Origin: Nitrospirota bacterium
GTDB lineage: Bacteria > Nitrospirota > UBA9217
Direction: 5' to 3'
DNA: 64,000 nucleotides
NCBI GenBank assembly: GCA_963663225.1
Contig: OY760142.1
Location: 736,001-800,000, forward strand
Below the pieces are notes generated by a model, which was not told where the DNA came from, searched no databases, and worked only from the letters and a program-made list of their open reading frames with translations. A program made the translations under genes and the position numbers. This document shows positions 51,739 to 62,601 of this stretch, piece after piece (position 1 is the stretch's first letter; every line of letters starts with the position of its first letter).

Positions 51739-52953
51739 TTACCGTTTAAACAAATTCATCAGGTCCCACATGGGCAAAAATATCCCCAAAGCCAGAAACA
51801 GGACCATCCCGCCGATAAAGAAAAGAAGGACCGGCTCAATCATGCTCGAAAGATTTCGCAGGGTATAATCCACTTCCACATCATAATAATCGGAAACCTT
51901 GTTCAGCATATCGTCAGCTTTACCGGTCTCTTCCCCGACGGCCATCATCTGCACAACAAGCGGAGGAAACAGCCCCGATGCTTCCATCGGATCGTGAAGA
52001 TTTTTCCCTTCCCGCAGGCTGTCGCGCATTCCCGCTATCGCACGCGCAATCACGACGTTGTTCACAACCTCCGCTCCGATTTCAAGCGTGATCATCATGG
52101 AAATACCGCTCCGCTGCAATGCGGCGAATATTCGCGCGAACCGGGAGAGCGCCACTTTTTGGAAAAGTGCCCCGAATATGGGGAGCTTCAGTTTGAATGC
52201 ATCCCACTGCCACCTGCCCTGCGGCGTGCGTATATACCAGTAAATTCCGCCGGCAAGAAGGCCGATACCCAGAATAATAAGATACCAGTAATTTTGTATA
52301 CCGTGGTTGATGTTGATAAGAATGCGCGTCGGCAGAGGCAACTCAGTCTTGAACTGCGCGAAAACCGCACTGAACTTCGGGATGACAAAGGTGACCAGAA
52401 ATACAAACGCAATACAAATGGCCGCCACGACAAATAAGGGATACCGCACCGCGGTCTTGACGCGGGCGGATGTCTCCGCTTCGTGCTCCGCAAGATGTGC
52501 CAGACGGTTCAGGATATCATCCAGAATGCCCCCGGTCTCTCCGGCCTGGATCATGCTTACATACATTTTACTGAAAAGCGCCGGATGTTTGGCCAGCGCT
52601 CCGGAGAAAGAAAGACCGGCCTCCAGATCACGCGCTACATCCATAATGGTTTTTTTGAGCCGGGGGCTTTCCGTCTGTTTCTCCATCGTGAATAAACACT
52701 GAAGCAGTGGTATGCCGGCGCTCATAAGGGTCGCGAGCTGTCTGTTAAATATGATAAGGTCCTGCGGTTTGACTCGGGAAAATCTCGACAAAAAATCCGG
52801 CGTAACCAGTTTGGGGGCTTGTTCCTCGATCAGAACCGGTATAAAACCCATGGTTGAAAGCTGGTCAGCGACGGCCTCTTTGGCACGTGCCTCCATTGCC
52901 CCGGCGTGCAAACCACCTTCTTTGTCCCGTGCCTTATATCGGTACAGTGGCAT
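51739..52953 (-). CDS. Inner-membrane platform protein (PilC/MshG/GspF family)
   Basis: RQLATLMSAGIPL, AGETGG, YP, VGEETG, IEP, IFLPMWDL. Confidence 0.95.
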   Translation of the reverse strand: MPLYRYKARDKEGGLHAGAMEARAKEAVADQLSTMGFIPVLIEEQAPKLVTPDFLSRFSRVKPQDLIIFNRQLATLMSAGIPLLQCLFTMEKQTESPRLKKTIMDVARDLEAGLSFSGALAKHPALFSKMYVSMIQAGETGGILDDILNRLAHLAEHEAETSARVKTAVRYPLFVVAAICIAFVFLVTFVIPKFSAVFAQFKTELPLPTRILININHGIQNYWYLIILGIGLLAGGIYWYIRTPQGRWQWDAFKLKLPIFGALFQKVALSRFARIFAALQRSGISMMITLEIGAEVVNNVVIARAIAGMRDSLREGKNLHDPMEASGLFPPLVVQMMAVGEETGKADDMLNKVSDYYDVEVDYTLRNLSSMIEPVLLFFIGGMVLFLALGIFLPMWDLMNLFKR

Positions 52954-53103
52954 TTCAGTCCCTCGTCAAAAAAACCGTGTGATGAAAAGGCAACGTGCAA
53001 TTACAGAGCTCTTATCCGCTGAGCCGTTTTATAATTGCGCGTAACGTACCATAAAAAAAGGGGTTCTGCAACCAAACAAAAAATTGCACAAAATAAAATA
53101 ATA

Positions 53104-53132
53104 TTGACAAATACAATTTTATAGGTTAAGAT
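53104..53132 (+). promoter_or_regulatory. sigma70 promoter of rho
   Basis: TTGACA-N17-TAAGAT with an A-rich upstream element. Confidence 0.7.
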
Positions 53133-53428
53133 TTTACCGCATATTATCCTAGTCAACAACCCCTGTTATTACCTAGCCAAAGCTGAATAACCAGGTTAAT
53201 AAACAACCCTTTTGCAGAGGAAATAAGCTTATCCGTAACAAAATCACGAGCCATTATAATTCAACCCAAACGCCGACAGATTAACGGAATCTGCTCGCCT
53301 TTAGGACATTGCCATCGTGCATATGGTTGCGCCGCATGTACACAGGAGCACAATAATTTATCAACCCACCCCCATTATCAGGGATCAAACCTGTCTGCCC
53401 TTCAATCCCGGGCCCAAGGAGTAACACC

Positions 53429-54676
53429 ATGAATTTAGTAGAACTAAAAGGAAAAAACATTGCTGAGCTGACCGCAATGGCGGATGAGCTGAAAGTCGAG
53501 GGCGTCAGCGGAATGCGAAAGCAGGAACTGATCTTTGCAATCCTGCAGGCGCAGACCGAAAAGAACGGCATGATCTTCGGCGAAGGCGTGCTCGAAATTC
53601 TGCCGGACGGCTTCGGTTTTCTCAGAGCTCCCGATTACAACTACCTTCCCGGTCCGGACGACATCTATGTCTCCCCGTCGCAGATTCGCAGGTTCAACAT
53701 CCGCACCGGTGACACGGTTTCGGGGCAGATACGGCCTCCAAAAGAAGGCGAGCGGTATTTCGCTCTGCTGAAAGTCGACGCCATTAACTATGAAGATCCG
53801 GAAATATCCCGAACAAAAATCCTGTTTGACAACCTCACGCCGTACTATCCGGAAAAGAAAATAAAACTCGAACACTCCCCCACGGACTACACCACGCGCG
53901 CCATGGACCTTATCACGCCCATCGGCATGGGCCAGCGCGGTATGATCGTTGCTCCGCCTCGCACCGGCAAAACCATGCTGCTCCAGGCCATTGCCAAGGC
54001 GATTTTGAAAAACCATAAAGACATAAAGCTCATCGTGCTTTTGATTGACGAACGTCCGGAAGAAGTCACGGACTGGCAGCGGCAGGTGAAAGCAGAAATC
54101 ATCAGTTCCACCTTCGATGAACCTCCGCAAAGGCACGTGCAGGTCGCCGATATGGTGAGCGAACGAGCAAAGCGGCTTGTGGAGCACAAAAAAGACGTGG
54201 TCATTCTTCTCGACAGCATCACCCGGCTTGCGCGCGCCCATAATGCAATCATTCCCGCCTCGGGCAAGGTGCTGTCCGGCGGCCTTGATGCCAACGCGCT
54301 TCAGCGTCCGAAACGGTTTTTCGGCGCGGCCCGAAGCATTGAGGGAGGCGGAAGCCTTACCATCCTGGCGACAGCGCTCGTTGATACGGGCAGCCGCATG
54401 GATGATGTGATCTTCGAAGAATTCAAGGGTACGGGCAACATGGAGCTCCACCTCGACCGGAAGCTCGTGGACAAACGTGTCTTCCCGGCCATTGATATCA
54501 ATGCGTCCGGCACCCGCAAGGAAGAGCTGCTGGTTGACAAGGACGATCTGAACCGCATGTGGATTCTCCGAAAGGTGTTGAATCCGCTCACCACGGTGGA
54601 GAGCATGGAGTTTCTTCTTGAAAAACTCAAACAGGCAAAAACCAACCGCGATTTCCTGGACTCCATGAACAAGTAG
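53429..54676 (+). CDS. rho: Transcription termination factor Rho
   Basis: [36 protein letters not shown]. Confidence 0.99.
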   Translation: MNLVELKGKNIAELTAMADELKVEGVSGMRKQELIFAILQAQTEKNGMIFGEGVLEILPDGFGFLRAPDYNYLPGPDDIYVSPSQIRRFNIRTGDTVSGQIRPPKEGERYFALLKVDAINYEDPEISRTKILFDNLTPYYPEKKIKLEHSPTDYTTRAMDLITPIGMGQRGMIVAPPRTGKTMLLQAIAKAILKNHKDIKLIVLLIDERPEEVTDWQRQVKAEIISSTFDEPPQRHVQVADMVSERAKRLVEHKKDVVILLDSITRLARAHNAIIPASGKVLSGGLDANALQRPKRFFGAARSIEGGGSLTILATALVDTGSRMDDVIFEEFKGTGNMELHLDRKLVDKRVFPAIDINASGTRKEELLVDKDDLNRMWILRKVLNPLTTVESMEFLLEKLKQAKTNRDFLDSMNK

Positions 54677-54891
54677 CAAACCGTATACAGACTGCGGTAT
54701 TTTCGGCAGGATGCCCTGTGGACCGAAATCGAAGAGGTTTTTTTATCACCGTGCCTCCTCAAGCAGAGCATCGTTGTCGTTCATTTTTTGCTTGTAAATT
54801 TAGATAGTTTGGTATATTATTACGCCCTTAACGAGAAAGCCACAGCATCCTGCTGTGGCTGTGGCTTTTATAACAGGAGGAAATGAAACAT

Positions 54892-55092
54892 ATGAAAGAG
54901 AACATTCATCCAGACTACAAACTGACCACGGTCAGTTGCGCCTGCGGAGAAACATTTCAGACCCGGTCGACAAAAAAGACATTGAAGCTCGATATCTGCT
55001 CCGTTTGCCACCCTTTTTTCACCGGCAAACAGAAGCTTATCGATACTGAAGGCCGCGTGGACAAGTTCAGAAAAAAATACAAAAAGGCGTAG
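54892..55092 (+). CDS. rpmE: 50S ribosomal protein L31 (Zn-binding type)
   Basis: [26 protein letters not shown]. Confidence 0.97.
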   Translation: MKENIHPDYKLTTVSCACGETFQTRSTKKTLKLDICSVCHPFFTGKQKLIDTEGRVDKFRKKYKKA

Positions 55093-55180
55093 GCCGGACG
55101 ATGGGGAGGAGGGAACTCGTTTTCTTCATTCCTTCCCACGCGAAATAGAGGCCAATTTTCACGGTTCCGAGGTTTTTGCT

Positions 55181-56086
55181 TTGTCTGAGAAACTGAACAT
55201 AGGCGGTCAGGCGGTGCTGGAAGGCGTTATGATGCGCTCTCCCCATGCTTTTACCGTGGCGGTACGCCAGGGGGGGAAACCCGACGCTGAAATCGTTGTT
55301 ATGAACCAGCACCTCAAGCCGCTCGGCGAACGATTCCCTTTTTTGAAAAAAAAATTAATCCGGGGTACGGCGGCATTATTCGAGGCTCTGTGGCTCGGCA
55401 TCCGGGCGCTTAACTTCTCGGCAAACGAAGCGTTCGAAAGCAAAGACGGAAAAAAGGAAGAAATAACCCCGCTCGCCATGGCCGGCACGTTGGCCGTAGC
55501 GCTCATTTTTTCTCTTGGCATCTTTCTGGCACTCCCTCTTCTTCTGACCAATCTGCTCGGCATGCACTATGAGACCGTCAACAAAAACGGGGTCTTGTTC
55601 AATCTGACCGACGGCGTCTTCCGGGTCGCGTTGTTTCTCGGATATGTGTCCGGCATCTCCTGCATGAAGGACATCCGCCGGGTATTTGAATACCATGGCG
55701 CTGAGCATAAATCCATCGGCGCTTACGAGGCAGGTGTGGAACTGACGGTGCAGAATGCTCGCTGGTATTCCTGCATTCATCCGCGTTGCGGGACGAGTTT
55801 TCTGCTCGCAGTGGTCGTGCTCTCGATTCTCGTGTTTTCGCTCATTCCCGGAGACTGGCCGCTCTGGGCAAAAGGGGCCGCACGGATTGCCTTGCTGCCG
55901 GTTATCGCGGGGCTTGGCTATGAATTCATCAAGTACAGCGCAAAAAAAAGCGAGAACGCTCTGATCAAATGCCTGATGCTCCCGGGTCTCTGGCTCCAGC
56001 GCCTTACCACGCGTGAACCGTCGGACGATCAGATAGAGGTGGCCATCAGGGCCCTCAATGAGGCCCTCGCGATGGAACCCCGCTAA
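55181..56086 (+). CDS. DUF1385 (YqhQ-like) membrane protein
   Basis: IGGQAVLEGVMMR, FEYHGAEHK, HPRCGTSF, QRLTTREP. Confidence 0.9.
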   Translation: MSEKLNIGGQAVLEGVMMRSPHAFTVAVRQGGKPDAEIVVMNQHLKPLGERFPFLKKKLIRGTAALFEALWLGIRALNFSANEAFESKDGKKEEITPLAMAGTLAVALIFSLGIFLALPLLLTNLLGMHYETVNKNGVLFNLTDGVFRVALFLGYVSGISCMKDIRRVFEYHGAEHKSIGAYEAGVELTVQNARWYSCIHPRCGTSFLLAVVVLSILVFSLIPGDWPLWAKGAARIALLPVIAGLGYEFIKYSAKKSENALIKCLMLPGLWLQRLTTREPSDDQIEVAIRALNEALAMEPR

Positions 56087-56099
56087 AGCGGGGTTTTTT
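56076..56099 (+). terminator. Intrinsic terminator overlapping the DUF1385 stop codon
   Basis: AACCCCGCT-AA-AGCGGGGTT then TTTT. Confidence 0.7.
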
Positions 56100-56223
56100 G
56101 TTGGTGAAACAGCAGCCGCTCCCCGGAGCTTGCGGGGTGCAAATAGTTTTCTCTATTTATAGGGAATATTCAGCCTTCGGAGGCCGCTCCTGAGAGCGTC
56201 CCCCGTGTGGTGATTATAAAATC

Positions 56224-57291
56224 ATGCTGAAAAAATTGGACGCTGTAGCGGAAAAATACGACGAGTTGACGAGACTCCTTGCTGATCCTTCGGTCGCGGC
56301 AGACCATCAGCAATATCTGAAATACTCCAGGGAACGGTCTGATATTGAAGAAGTGGTGCACCATTACCGCGCATATCAGGACAGCATCAGGCAGATTCAT
56401 GACGCCGAAGAGATGCTGAACGACAAACAGGCGGACAGCGAACTCCGGGAGATGGCAGACGCCGAGCTCAAAGACCTCCGCACCAAAGTCGGGCAGATGG
56501 AGCAGGAGCTCCGCATCATGCTCGTGCCCAAGGACCCGCGAGACGATAAAAATATTTTTCTGGAAATCCGGGCTGGCGCCGGCGGCGATGAAGCAGGCCT
56601 TTTCGCGGCGGAACTCTTCCGCATGTATTCACGGTACGCGGAGAAGAAACGCTGGAAGGTAACGCTTCTTGATATGAACACTACCGGCGTCGGCGGCGCA
56701 AAGGAAGTGGTTGCACAAATCCAGGGCAAGGGCGTGTACAGCAAACTCAAATACGAGAGCGGCGTCCACCGGGTGCAGCGGGTTCCGGCAACCGAGGCAG
56801 GCGGCAGAATTCACACCTCGACGGTGACGGTGGCGGTGCTTCCCGAAGCAGAGGATGTGGACGTCCAGATTGAGCAAAAGGATCTCCGTATCGATACGTA
56901 TTGCTCTTCCGGCCCCGGCGGCCAAAGCGTGAACACCACATACTCCGCTGTCAGAATCACTCACATTCCGACGGGTGAGGTTGTAGCGTGCCAGGATGAG
57001 CGGTCGCAGCTCAAAAACCGCGAAAAAGCCATGAAGATTCTCAAATCCCGGCTCGTGGAACGGGAACGGGAGCGGCAGGAGGCAGAAACCGCCCAGGACC
57101 GCAAGTCCCAGGTGGGATCGGGCGACCGGAGCGAGAAAATCAGAACCTACAACTTCCCGCAAAGCAGGGTGACCGACCATCGCATCGGGCTTTCCCTGTA
57201 CCGCCTCGACTCGGTGCTCGACGGCGATCTGGATGAGTTTATCGACGCTCTGGCGGCGGCATCAAACGCCGAACGGTTGAAAAATTTGTGA
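56224..57291 (+). CDS. prfA: Peptide chain release factor 1
   Basis: PAT peptide anticodon, GGQ motif. Confidence 0.99.
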   Translation: MLKKLDAVAEKYDELTRLLADPSVAADHQQYLKYSRERSDIEEVVHHYRAYQDSIRQIHDAEEMLNDKQADSELREMADAELKDLRTKVGQMEQELRIMLVPKDPRDDKNIFLEIRAGAGGDEAGLFAAELFRMYSRYAEKKRWKVTLLDMNTTGVGGAKEVVAQIQGKGVYSKLKYESGVHRVQRVPATEAGGRIHTSTVTVAVLPEAEDVDVQIEQKDLRIDTYCSSGPGGQSVNTTYSAVRITHIPTGEVVACQDERSQLKNREKAMKILKSRLVERERERQEAETAQDRKSQVGSGDRSEKIRTYNFPQSRVTDHRIGLSLYRLDSVLDGDLDEFIDALAAASNAERLKNL

Positions 57292-57380
57292 TTGCATTTC
57301 AATTTTTGGTTGCAAAACAACGGTCTTAAAACAGCGGCAGGTACTCAGCGCCGTAATTTGCATGCCGTCGGCTGCAATCG

Positions 57381-58250
57381 TTGCCATTGACTATTAGAGA
57401 AGCGGTACATAACGCTGAAGCAAAACTGATATCAGCCGGCGTTGCCAACGCACGACTTGATGCCGAAGTCCTCATCGCGCATATCTTGAACAAAAACCGC
57501 GCATGGGTCGTCACGCATGTTTTTGATGTTCTGGATGAGGAAGCCAATCGGGAATACGAAGCCGCATGCGACCGCAGAACGCGTCGCGAACCGCTCCAGT
57601 ACATCCTCGGCATGCAGGAATTCTGGGGGCTCGAATTCAGGGTCACTCCGGATGCGCTCATCCCAAGGCCGGAAACGGAACTGGTTGTAGAATCGGCGCT
57701 CACCGTTGCAAAAAGTCTTGACCGACAGACAACCATTGTGGATCTCGGCACCGGGTCAGGCTGCATTGCAATAAGTCTTGCGAAAGAACTGCCGACCGCG
57801 CATTTTTTCGCCATTGATGCATCGGAAAAGGCGCTTGTAATAGCCCGGGATAATTCAGCCAGACACAATGTTTCAGAGCGCATCCGGTTCCTGCGGGGCG
57901 ACCTGCTGGAACCGTTGGCTGAGACAAACGTCCGCGGACAGATAGACTTACTCGTTTCAAACCCTCCCTATGTGCGCTCAGGGGATCGCTGCTCGCTGCA
58001 ACCCGAAGTTCGGGACTATGAGCCGGAAGCTGCCCTTTTTTCCGGTTCCTGCGGCACTGAAATGCATCAACGCATCATTGCAGCGGCGCCCGATTATCTC
58101 AGGCGGCATGGCGCGCTTATTATGGAGATGGGGATGGGACAGGCTGGAGTGCTGCGGGAAATGTTCTCCGCATCGGGCGAATACACGGCTCCTGTTTTCT
58201 TCAAGGACCTTGCGGGCATAGAAAGGGTCGTGACGGCGCGAAAAGCGTAA
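57381..58250 (+). CDS. prmC: Release factor glutamine methyltransferase
   Basis: [19 protein letters not shown]; TTG start. Confidence 0.97.
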   Translation: MPLTIREAVHNAEAKLISAGVANARLDAEVLIAHILNKNRAWVVTHVFDVLDEEANREYEAACDRRTRREPLQYILGMQEFWGLEFRVTPDALIPRPETELVVESALTVAKSLDRQTTIVDLGTGSGCIAISLAKELPTAHFFAIDASEKALVIARDNSARHNVSERIRFLRGDLLEPLAETNVRGQIDLLVSNPPYVRSGDRCSLQPEVRDYEPEAALFSGSCGTEMHQRIIAAAPDYLRRHGALIMEMGMGQAGVLREMFSASGEYTAPVFFKDLAGIERVVTARKA

Positions 58251-58285
58251 TCCGCGTTCGGACCGTTCAAATCACTTGTATTATC

Positions 58286-59533
58286 ATGAAAACCATCGTC
58301 ATTAACGGCGGGAAAAAACTGAAAGGTGAAGTCCTTGTCAGCGGTGCGAAAAACGCCGCGCTGCCGATTATCGCCGCGGGACTTCTGTGTCCGGAAAAGC
58401 ACGTTGTTTCCAACGTGCCGCTTCTGGCCGATGTGAAAACCCTCGGGAAGATACTCCAGAACATGGGAGTGTCCGTCGAGCGGCAGGACAAAGACGTCAT
58501 CATCGACGCAAGCGGGATTCTAAACCCCGAAGCGCCGTATGACCTCGTGCGCACGATGCGGGCATCGGTGCTTGTGCTCGGCCCCCTCGTGGCACGTGCT
58601 GGAAAAGCGCGGGTTTCGCTTCCCGGTGGATGCGCCATCGGAGCCCGCCCGATTAATCTGCATTTGATGGGCCTGGAGAAGCTCGGAGCGTCCGTCGAAA
58701 TCAAGCATGGGTATGTTCTGGCAAAGGCAAAGAAACTCCGGGGAGCGCGCATCTATTTCGATACCGTGACCGTGACCGGCACTGAAAACATCATGATGGC
58801 AGCCGTACTCGCCCGGGGTGAAACCATTTTGGAAAACGCCGCGCGGGAGCCCGAGGTCACGGACCTTGCGAACGCACTCGTGCAAATGGGCGCACGGATT
58901 GAAGGTGCCGGTACCGACATTATCAGGATCCAGGGCGTGGAGGAACTCGGGCCCATGAATTATACGGTGATGCCGGATCGCATCGAAACGGGAACGTTCA
59001 TCATCGCGGCGACCATAACCAATGGCTCGATCAAAATTAAAAACTGCTGCCCCGTCCACCTTGAGGCCATCCTCGCTAAAGTAGCCGAGGCCGGTGCGGA
59101 GATCAAAATCGACAAGGGAACGCTGCAGGTAACCGGCAGCCGCAAAATAAAACCCGTGGACATAAAGACGCTGGAATATCCTGGCTTCCCCACGGACATG
59201 CAGGCTCAATTCATGAGCCTCATGTGTCTGGCGGACGGCACGAGCGTAATCAACGAAACCATTTTTGAAAACCGTTTCACCCACGTTGCGGAACTGAGGC
59301 GCATGGGCGCCGACATCCAGACGGAAGGCAGAAGCGCCGTTGTGAAAGGCATGCCGAAGCTTTCCGCCGCTCCGGTCATGGCGACCGACCTTCGCGCAAG
59401 CGCCTCGCTGATCCTCGCGGGCCTCGCCGCAGAAGGGCAGACGGTCGTATCCCGCATATACCATCTGGACCGGGGATATGAAAATATTGAACAAAAGCTG
59501 TCAGCGCTCGGGGCGGACATCAAGCGAATTTAA
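58286..59533 (+). CDS. murA: UDP-N-acetylglucosamine 1-carboxyvinyltransferase
   Basis: [27 protein letters not shown]. Confidence 0.99.
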   Translation: MKTIVINGGKKLKGEVLVSGAKNAALPIIAAGLLCPEKHVVSNVPLLADVKTLGKILQNMGVSVERQDKDVIIDASGILNPEAPYDLVRTMRASVLVLGPLVARAGKARVSLPGGCAIGARPINLHLMGLEKLGASVEIKHGYVLAKAKKLRGARIYFDTVTVTGTENIMMAAVLARGETILENAAREPEVTDLANALVQMGARIEGAGTDIIRIQGVEELGPMNYTVMPDRIETGTFIIAATITNGSIKIKNCCPVHLEAILAKVAEAGAEIKIDKGTLQVTGSRKIKPVDIKTLEYPGFPTDMQAQFMSLMCLADGTSVINETIFENRFTHVAELRRMGADIQTEGRSAVVKGMPKLSAAPVMATDLRASASLILAGLAAEGQTVVSRIYHLDRGYENIEQKLSALGADIKRI

Positions 59534-59596
59534 TCCACCTGCAGCAGACAGGCTTTTCGTACCGTAACTGCATACTTAACCATCACAGAGGTTGTC

Positions 59597-60889
59597 ATGA
59601 AAATTCTTGATTCTCAACAAAACGACGTCGGCTCGGAGCTAAAACGCATCATCAACCGCGGCGAAACAGTGACTGAAGACATTGCTGCGACCGTAAAGGA
59701 AATCATCGAGCGCGTCCGCAAGGAAGGCGATCCTGCGGTCATCGAATACACCGAAAAATTCGACAAGCTCAAGCTCGGTCTCAAAGACATCAGAGTGTCA
59801 CCGGAGGAAATCAAGCAGGCGTACTCCAACGTCGAAGCAAAAAAAGTCGATTCGCTCAAGCTAGCAGCCGATAATATCCGCTCCTTTCATGAGAAGCAAA
59901 AGCACACTTCCTGGGTCTCTCAGGAGGCAGACGGCGTAATGGTAGGCAATCTGATCCGTCCAATCCGAAGCGCGGGCGTGTATGTCCCGGGCGGAAAGGC
60001 GTCGTATCCTTCCTCCGTGCTCATGAATGTCATTCCTGCGCAGGTCGCAGGCGTAGAGCACCTGCTTATGTGCTGTCCGGCCCCTGGAGGGAACCTGAAC
60101 CCCTATACGCTGGTTGCCGCAGACATTGTGGGAGTAACAGAAATCTACCGGATCGGCGGGGCTCAGGCCGTTGCCGCCATGGCGTACGGCACGGCGTCCA
60201 TTCCAAAAGTGGACAAGATCGTCGGCCCCGGAAACATCTATGTTGCTACGGCAAAACGGTTTGTTTTCGGACAGGTGGATATAGATATGATAGCAGGCCC
60301 CAGTGAAATCCTGGTTATCGCCGATCATACGGCCGATCCCGTCTATGTGGCGGCAGACCTTCTTTCGCAGGCCGAGCATGATGAGCTCGCCTCCTCCCTC
60401 CTTGTCACCAATTCACGGGAACTGGCGGAGAAAGTAAACGGGGAAATTGAGCAGCAGCTCGCAGCCCTGTCGCGAAAGGAAATTACGCGAAAATCCCTGG
60501 ACCGGTTCGGCGCTCTTATCATCACGAATAATCTGCAGGAGGCGGCTGAAATCTCCAACTCGATCGCTCCGGAGCATTTGGAACTGGCAGTGGAGAAACC
60601 TTTCGAACTGCTTGCCATGATCAAAAACGCGGGAGCAATTTTTCTCGGCCATTATACTCCGGAGTCCATTGGCGACTATATTGCCGGACCGAATCATGTG
60701 CTTCCGACCGGCGGTACCGCGAGATTTTTTTCCCCCCTGTCTACAGACAGTTTTTTGAAAAAATCGAGCCTGATTTTTTATCCCAGGGAAAGTCTGGACA
60801 AGGTTGCCGATGCCGTTCTGCAAATTGCGGAAGTGGAAGGGCTCGATGCGCATGGGAATACAATCAAGGTACGGATGTCAAAAAAATAA
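59597..60889 (+). CDS. hisD: Histidinol dehydrogenase
   Basis: [33 protein letters not shown]. Confidence 0.99.
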   Translation: MKILDSQQNDVGSELKRIINRGETVTEDIAATVKEIIERVRKEGDPAVIEYTEKFDKLKLGLKDIRVSPEEIKQAYSNVEAKKVDSLKLAADNIRSFHEKQKHTSWVSQEADGVMVGNLIRPIRSAGVYVPGGKASYPSSVLMNVIPAQVAGVEHLLMCCPAPGGNLNPYTLVAADIVGVTEIYRIGGAQAVAAMAYGTASIPKVDKIVGPGNIYVATAKRFVFGQVDIDMIAGPSEILVIADHTADPVYVAADLLSQAEHDELASSLLVTNSRELAEKVNGEIEQQLAALSRKEITRKSLDRFGALIITNNLQEAAEISNSIAPEHLELAVEKPFELLAMIKNAGAIFLGHYTPESIGDYIAGPNHVLPTGGTARFFSPLSTDSFLKKSSLIFYPRESLDKVADAVLQIAEVEGLDAHGNTIKVRMSKK

Positions 60890-60950
60890 TTTTTTAAAGG
60901 CCGCCGGGAACACAACCTCTCCGGCCGCAGTTTCTTGTGAGGAGATGCAC

Positions 60951-61871
60951 ATGCCGACAAAATATAAAGCCAAACCGGTAAACAGTAAAACCCCCGCCGC
61001 TCCCAAGCTCAAACTCGGACTTCCCAAAGGCAGCCTGCAGGATGCGACTTTTAAGCTGTTCGACAAAGCAGGTTATCGCATACAGGTCAATTCGAGAAGC
61101 TACTACCCCAGCGTAGACGATCCTGATATCGAGTGCATTCTCGTACGCGCTCAGGAAATGGCCCGCTACGTTGACAACGGCATATTTGATGTAGGCCTCA
61201 CCGGCAGGGACTGGGTCCTTGAGCAGAACGCCGATGTGGTCGATGTCGCAGAGCTCAAATATGCAAAGGGAGGACTCACGCCCGTCCGATGGGTCGTGGC
61301 TGTGCCCGAGGATTCCCCTATCAAAACGCTAAAAGACCTGAAAGGAAAACGCATCGCCACCGAACTTGTCGGCTATACCAAACGGTATCTGAAATCCAAA
61401 GGGATTTCTGCAGATGTGGAGTTCTCGTGGGGCGCTACCGAGGTAAAGCCGCCGAAGCTCGCCGATGCCATCGTGGAACTTACGGAAACAGGCAATTCAC
61501 TCAGAGCGAACAAACTCAGAATCGTCGATGTCATCCTCGAATCCACCACCCGCATCATCGCAAACAAGAAAGCGTGGAAGGACCCGTGGAAAAAAAAGAA
61601 AATCGAAAACCTGACCATGCTCTTGCAGGGAGCACTTGCAGCTGAGGAAAAAGTGGGGCTCAAGATGAACGCGCCCAAGGCGAACCTCAAGGAGATCTGC
61701 GGCCTGCTTCCTTCAATGCATGCTCCGACGATCTCACACCAGACGGACCCGGCATGGGTCAGTCTCGAGGTCATCCTGGATGAAAAACAGGCCCGAAACC
61801 TGATACCCCGCCTGAAGCGGCGCGGTGCATCAGGCATCGTTGAATACCCTTTGAACAAAGTGATTCCTTAA
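60951..61871 (+). CDS. hisG: ATP phosphoribosyltransferase, long form
   Basis: [26 protein letters not shown]-terminal regulatory domain; GAGGAG RBS. Confidence 0.96.
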   Translation: MPTKYKAKPVNSKTPAAPKLKLGLPKGSLQDATFKLFDKAGYRIQVNSRSYYPSVDDPDIECILVRAQEMARYVDNGIFDVGLTGRDWVLEQNADVVDVAELKYAKGGLTPVRWVVAVPEDSPIKTLKDLKGKRIATELVGYTKRYLKSKGISADVEFSWGATEVKPPKLADAIVELTETGNSLRANKLRIVDVILESTTRIIANKKAWKDPWKKKKIENLTMLLQGALAAEEKVGLKMNAPKANLKEICGLLPSMHAPTISHQTDPAWVSLEVILDEKQARNLIPRLKRRGASGIVEYPLNKVIP

Positions 61872-61877
61872 ACCAAG

Positions 61878-61900
61878 GCGGCCGAATGGCCGCTTTTTTT
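61878..61900 (+). terminator. Intrinsic terminator after hisG
   Basis: GCGGCC-GAAT-GGCCGC-T7. Confidence 0.8.
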
Positions 61901-62009
61901 ATCGCATCTCAGTTTTTGCTTGCACCTCAATACAATTTCCTGTATATATTTTTCCTGGACAAAAAATATTGTTCTTTAATCCTTTAAATCTGTTAAGGGA
62001 GGTTGCATA

Positions 62010-62447
62010 ATGATGAAGGAACAAAGAGGTTTTACGCTTATTGAGCTGATTATCGTGATTGTTATCCTCGGTCTTCTGGCAGCGCTTGCCATACCAAAGT
62101 ATATTTCTGTTCAACAGCAGGCGCGTACTGCCTCGATCAATGGCCTGGCAGGCGGGCTCAGAGGCGCGGTCGCTCTGGCACGGGCACAGTATATGGCGAC
62201 CGGGAATATGACTGCTACCACAGTCACCATGGACGGCACGGCTGTTGCCTGCGCCGCACGCACCGGCATCCCAACCGGCACTGCTGCGGGAATCGGGGCT
62301 GCAATGCAGGACTTGACCGGCTTTACTGGCACATACACCACTCCGACGGCGGTAACGTTCCAGTTCACCTCAAACCCGAGTGCAACCTGCGAAGCAGTTT
62401 ATAACGGAACCACGGGAATAGTCACCACGGTGATAACAGGTTGCTAA
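62010..62447 (+). CDS. Second MshA-like type IV pilin (orphan)
   Basis: RG|FTLIELIIVIVILGLLAALAIPKY; C-terminal Cys pair; GGGAGG RBS. Confidence 0.9.
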   Translation: MMKEQRGFTLIELIIVIVILGLLAALAIPKYISVQQQARTASINGLAGGLRGAVALARAQYMATGNMTATTVTMDGTAVACAARTGIPTGTAAGIGAAMQDLTGFTGTYTTPTAVTFQFTSNPSATCEAVYNGTTGIVTTVITGC

Positions 62448-62523
62448 CCGAGCGTCACCCTCGATCGGCTGTAAAACCGTGGGTTTTAAAACCACGTGCA
62501 GCTCAATTACAACTAATTTACAG

Positions 62524-62550
62524 GGCGGCCTTTTGGCCGCCTTTTTCTTT
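62524..62550 (+). terminator. Intrinsic terminator after the orphan pilin
   Basis: GGCGGCC-TTTT-GGCCGCC-TTTTTCTTT. Confidence 0.8.
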
Positions 62551-62601
62551 TTATGCTAATTTCTGCTTGTGGCTGTTTCTCTTTTCTTGTATAGTTTTAC
62601 C

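Noticed and set aside
53444-54679. 411-aa antisense ORF over rho; similar long ORFs at 20203..21750, 32679..33746 and 58520..59494
   Set aside because: Codon-register shadows of conserved genes, with no recognisable motifs; expected from codon bias
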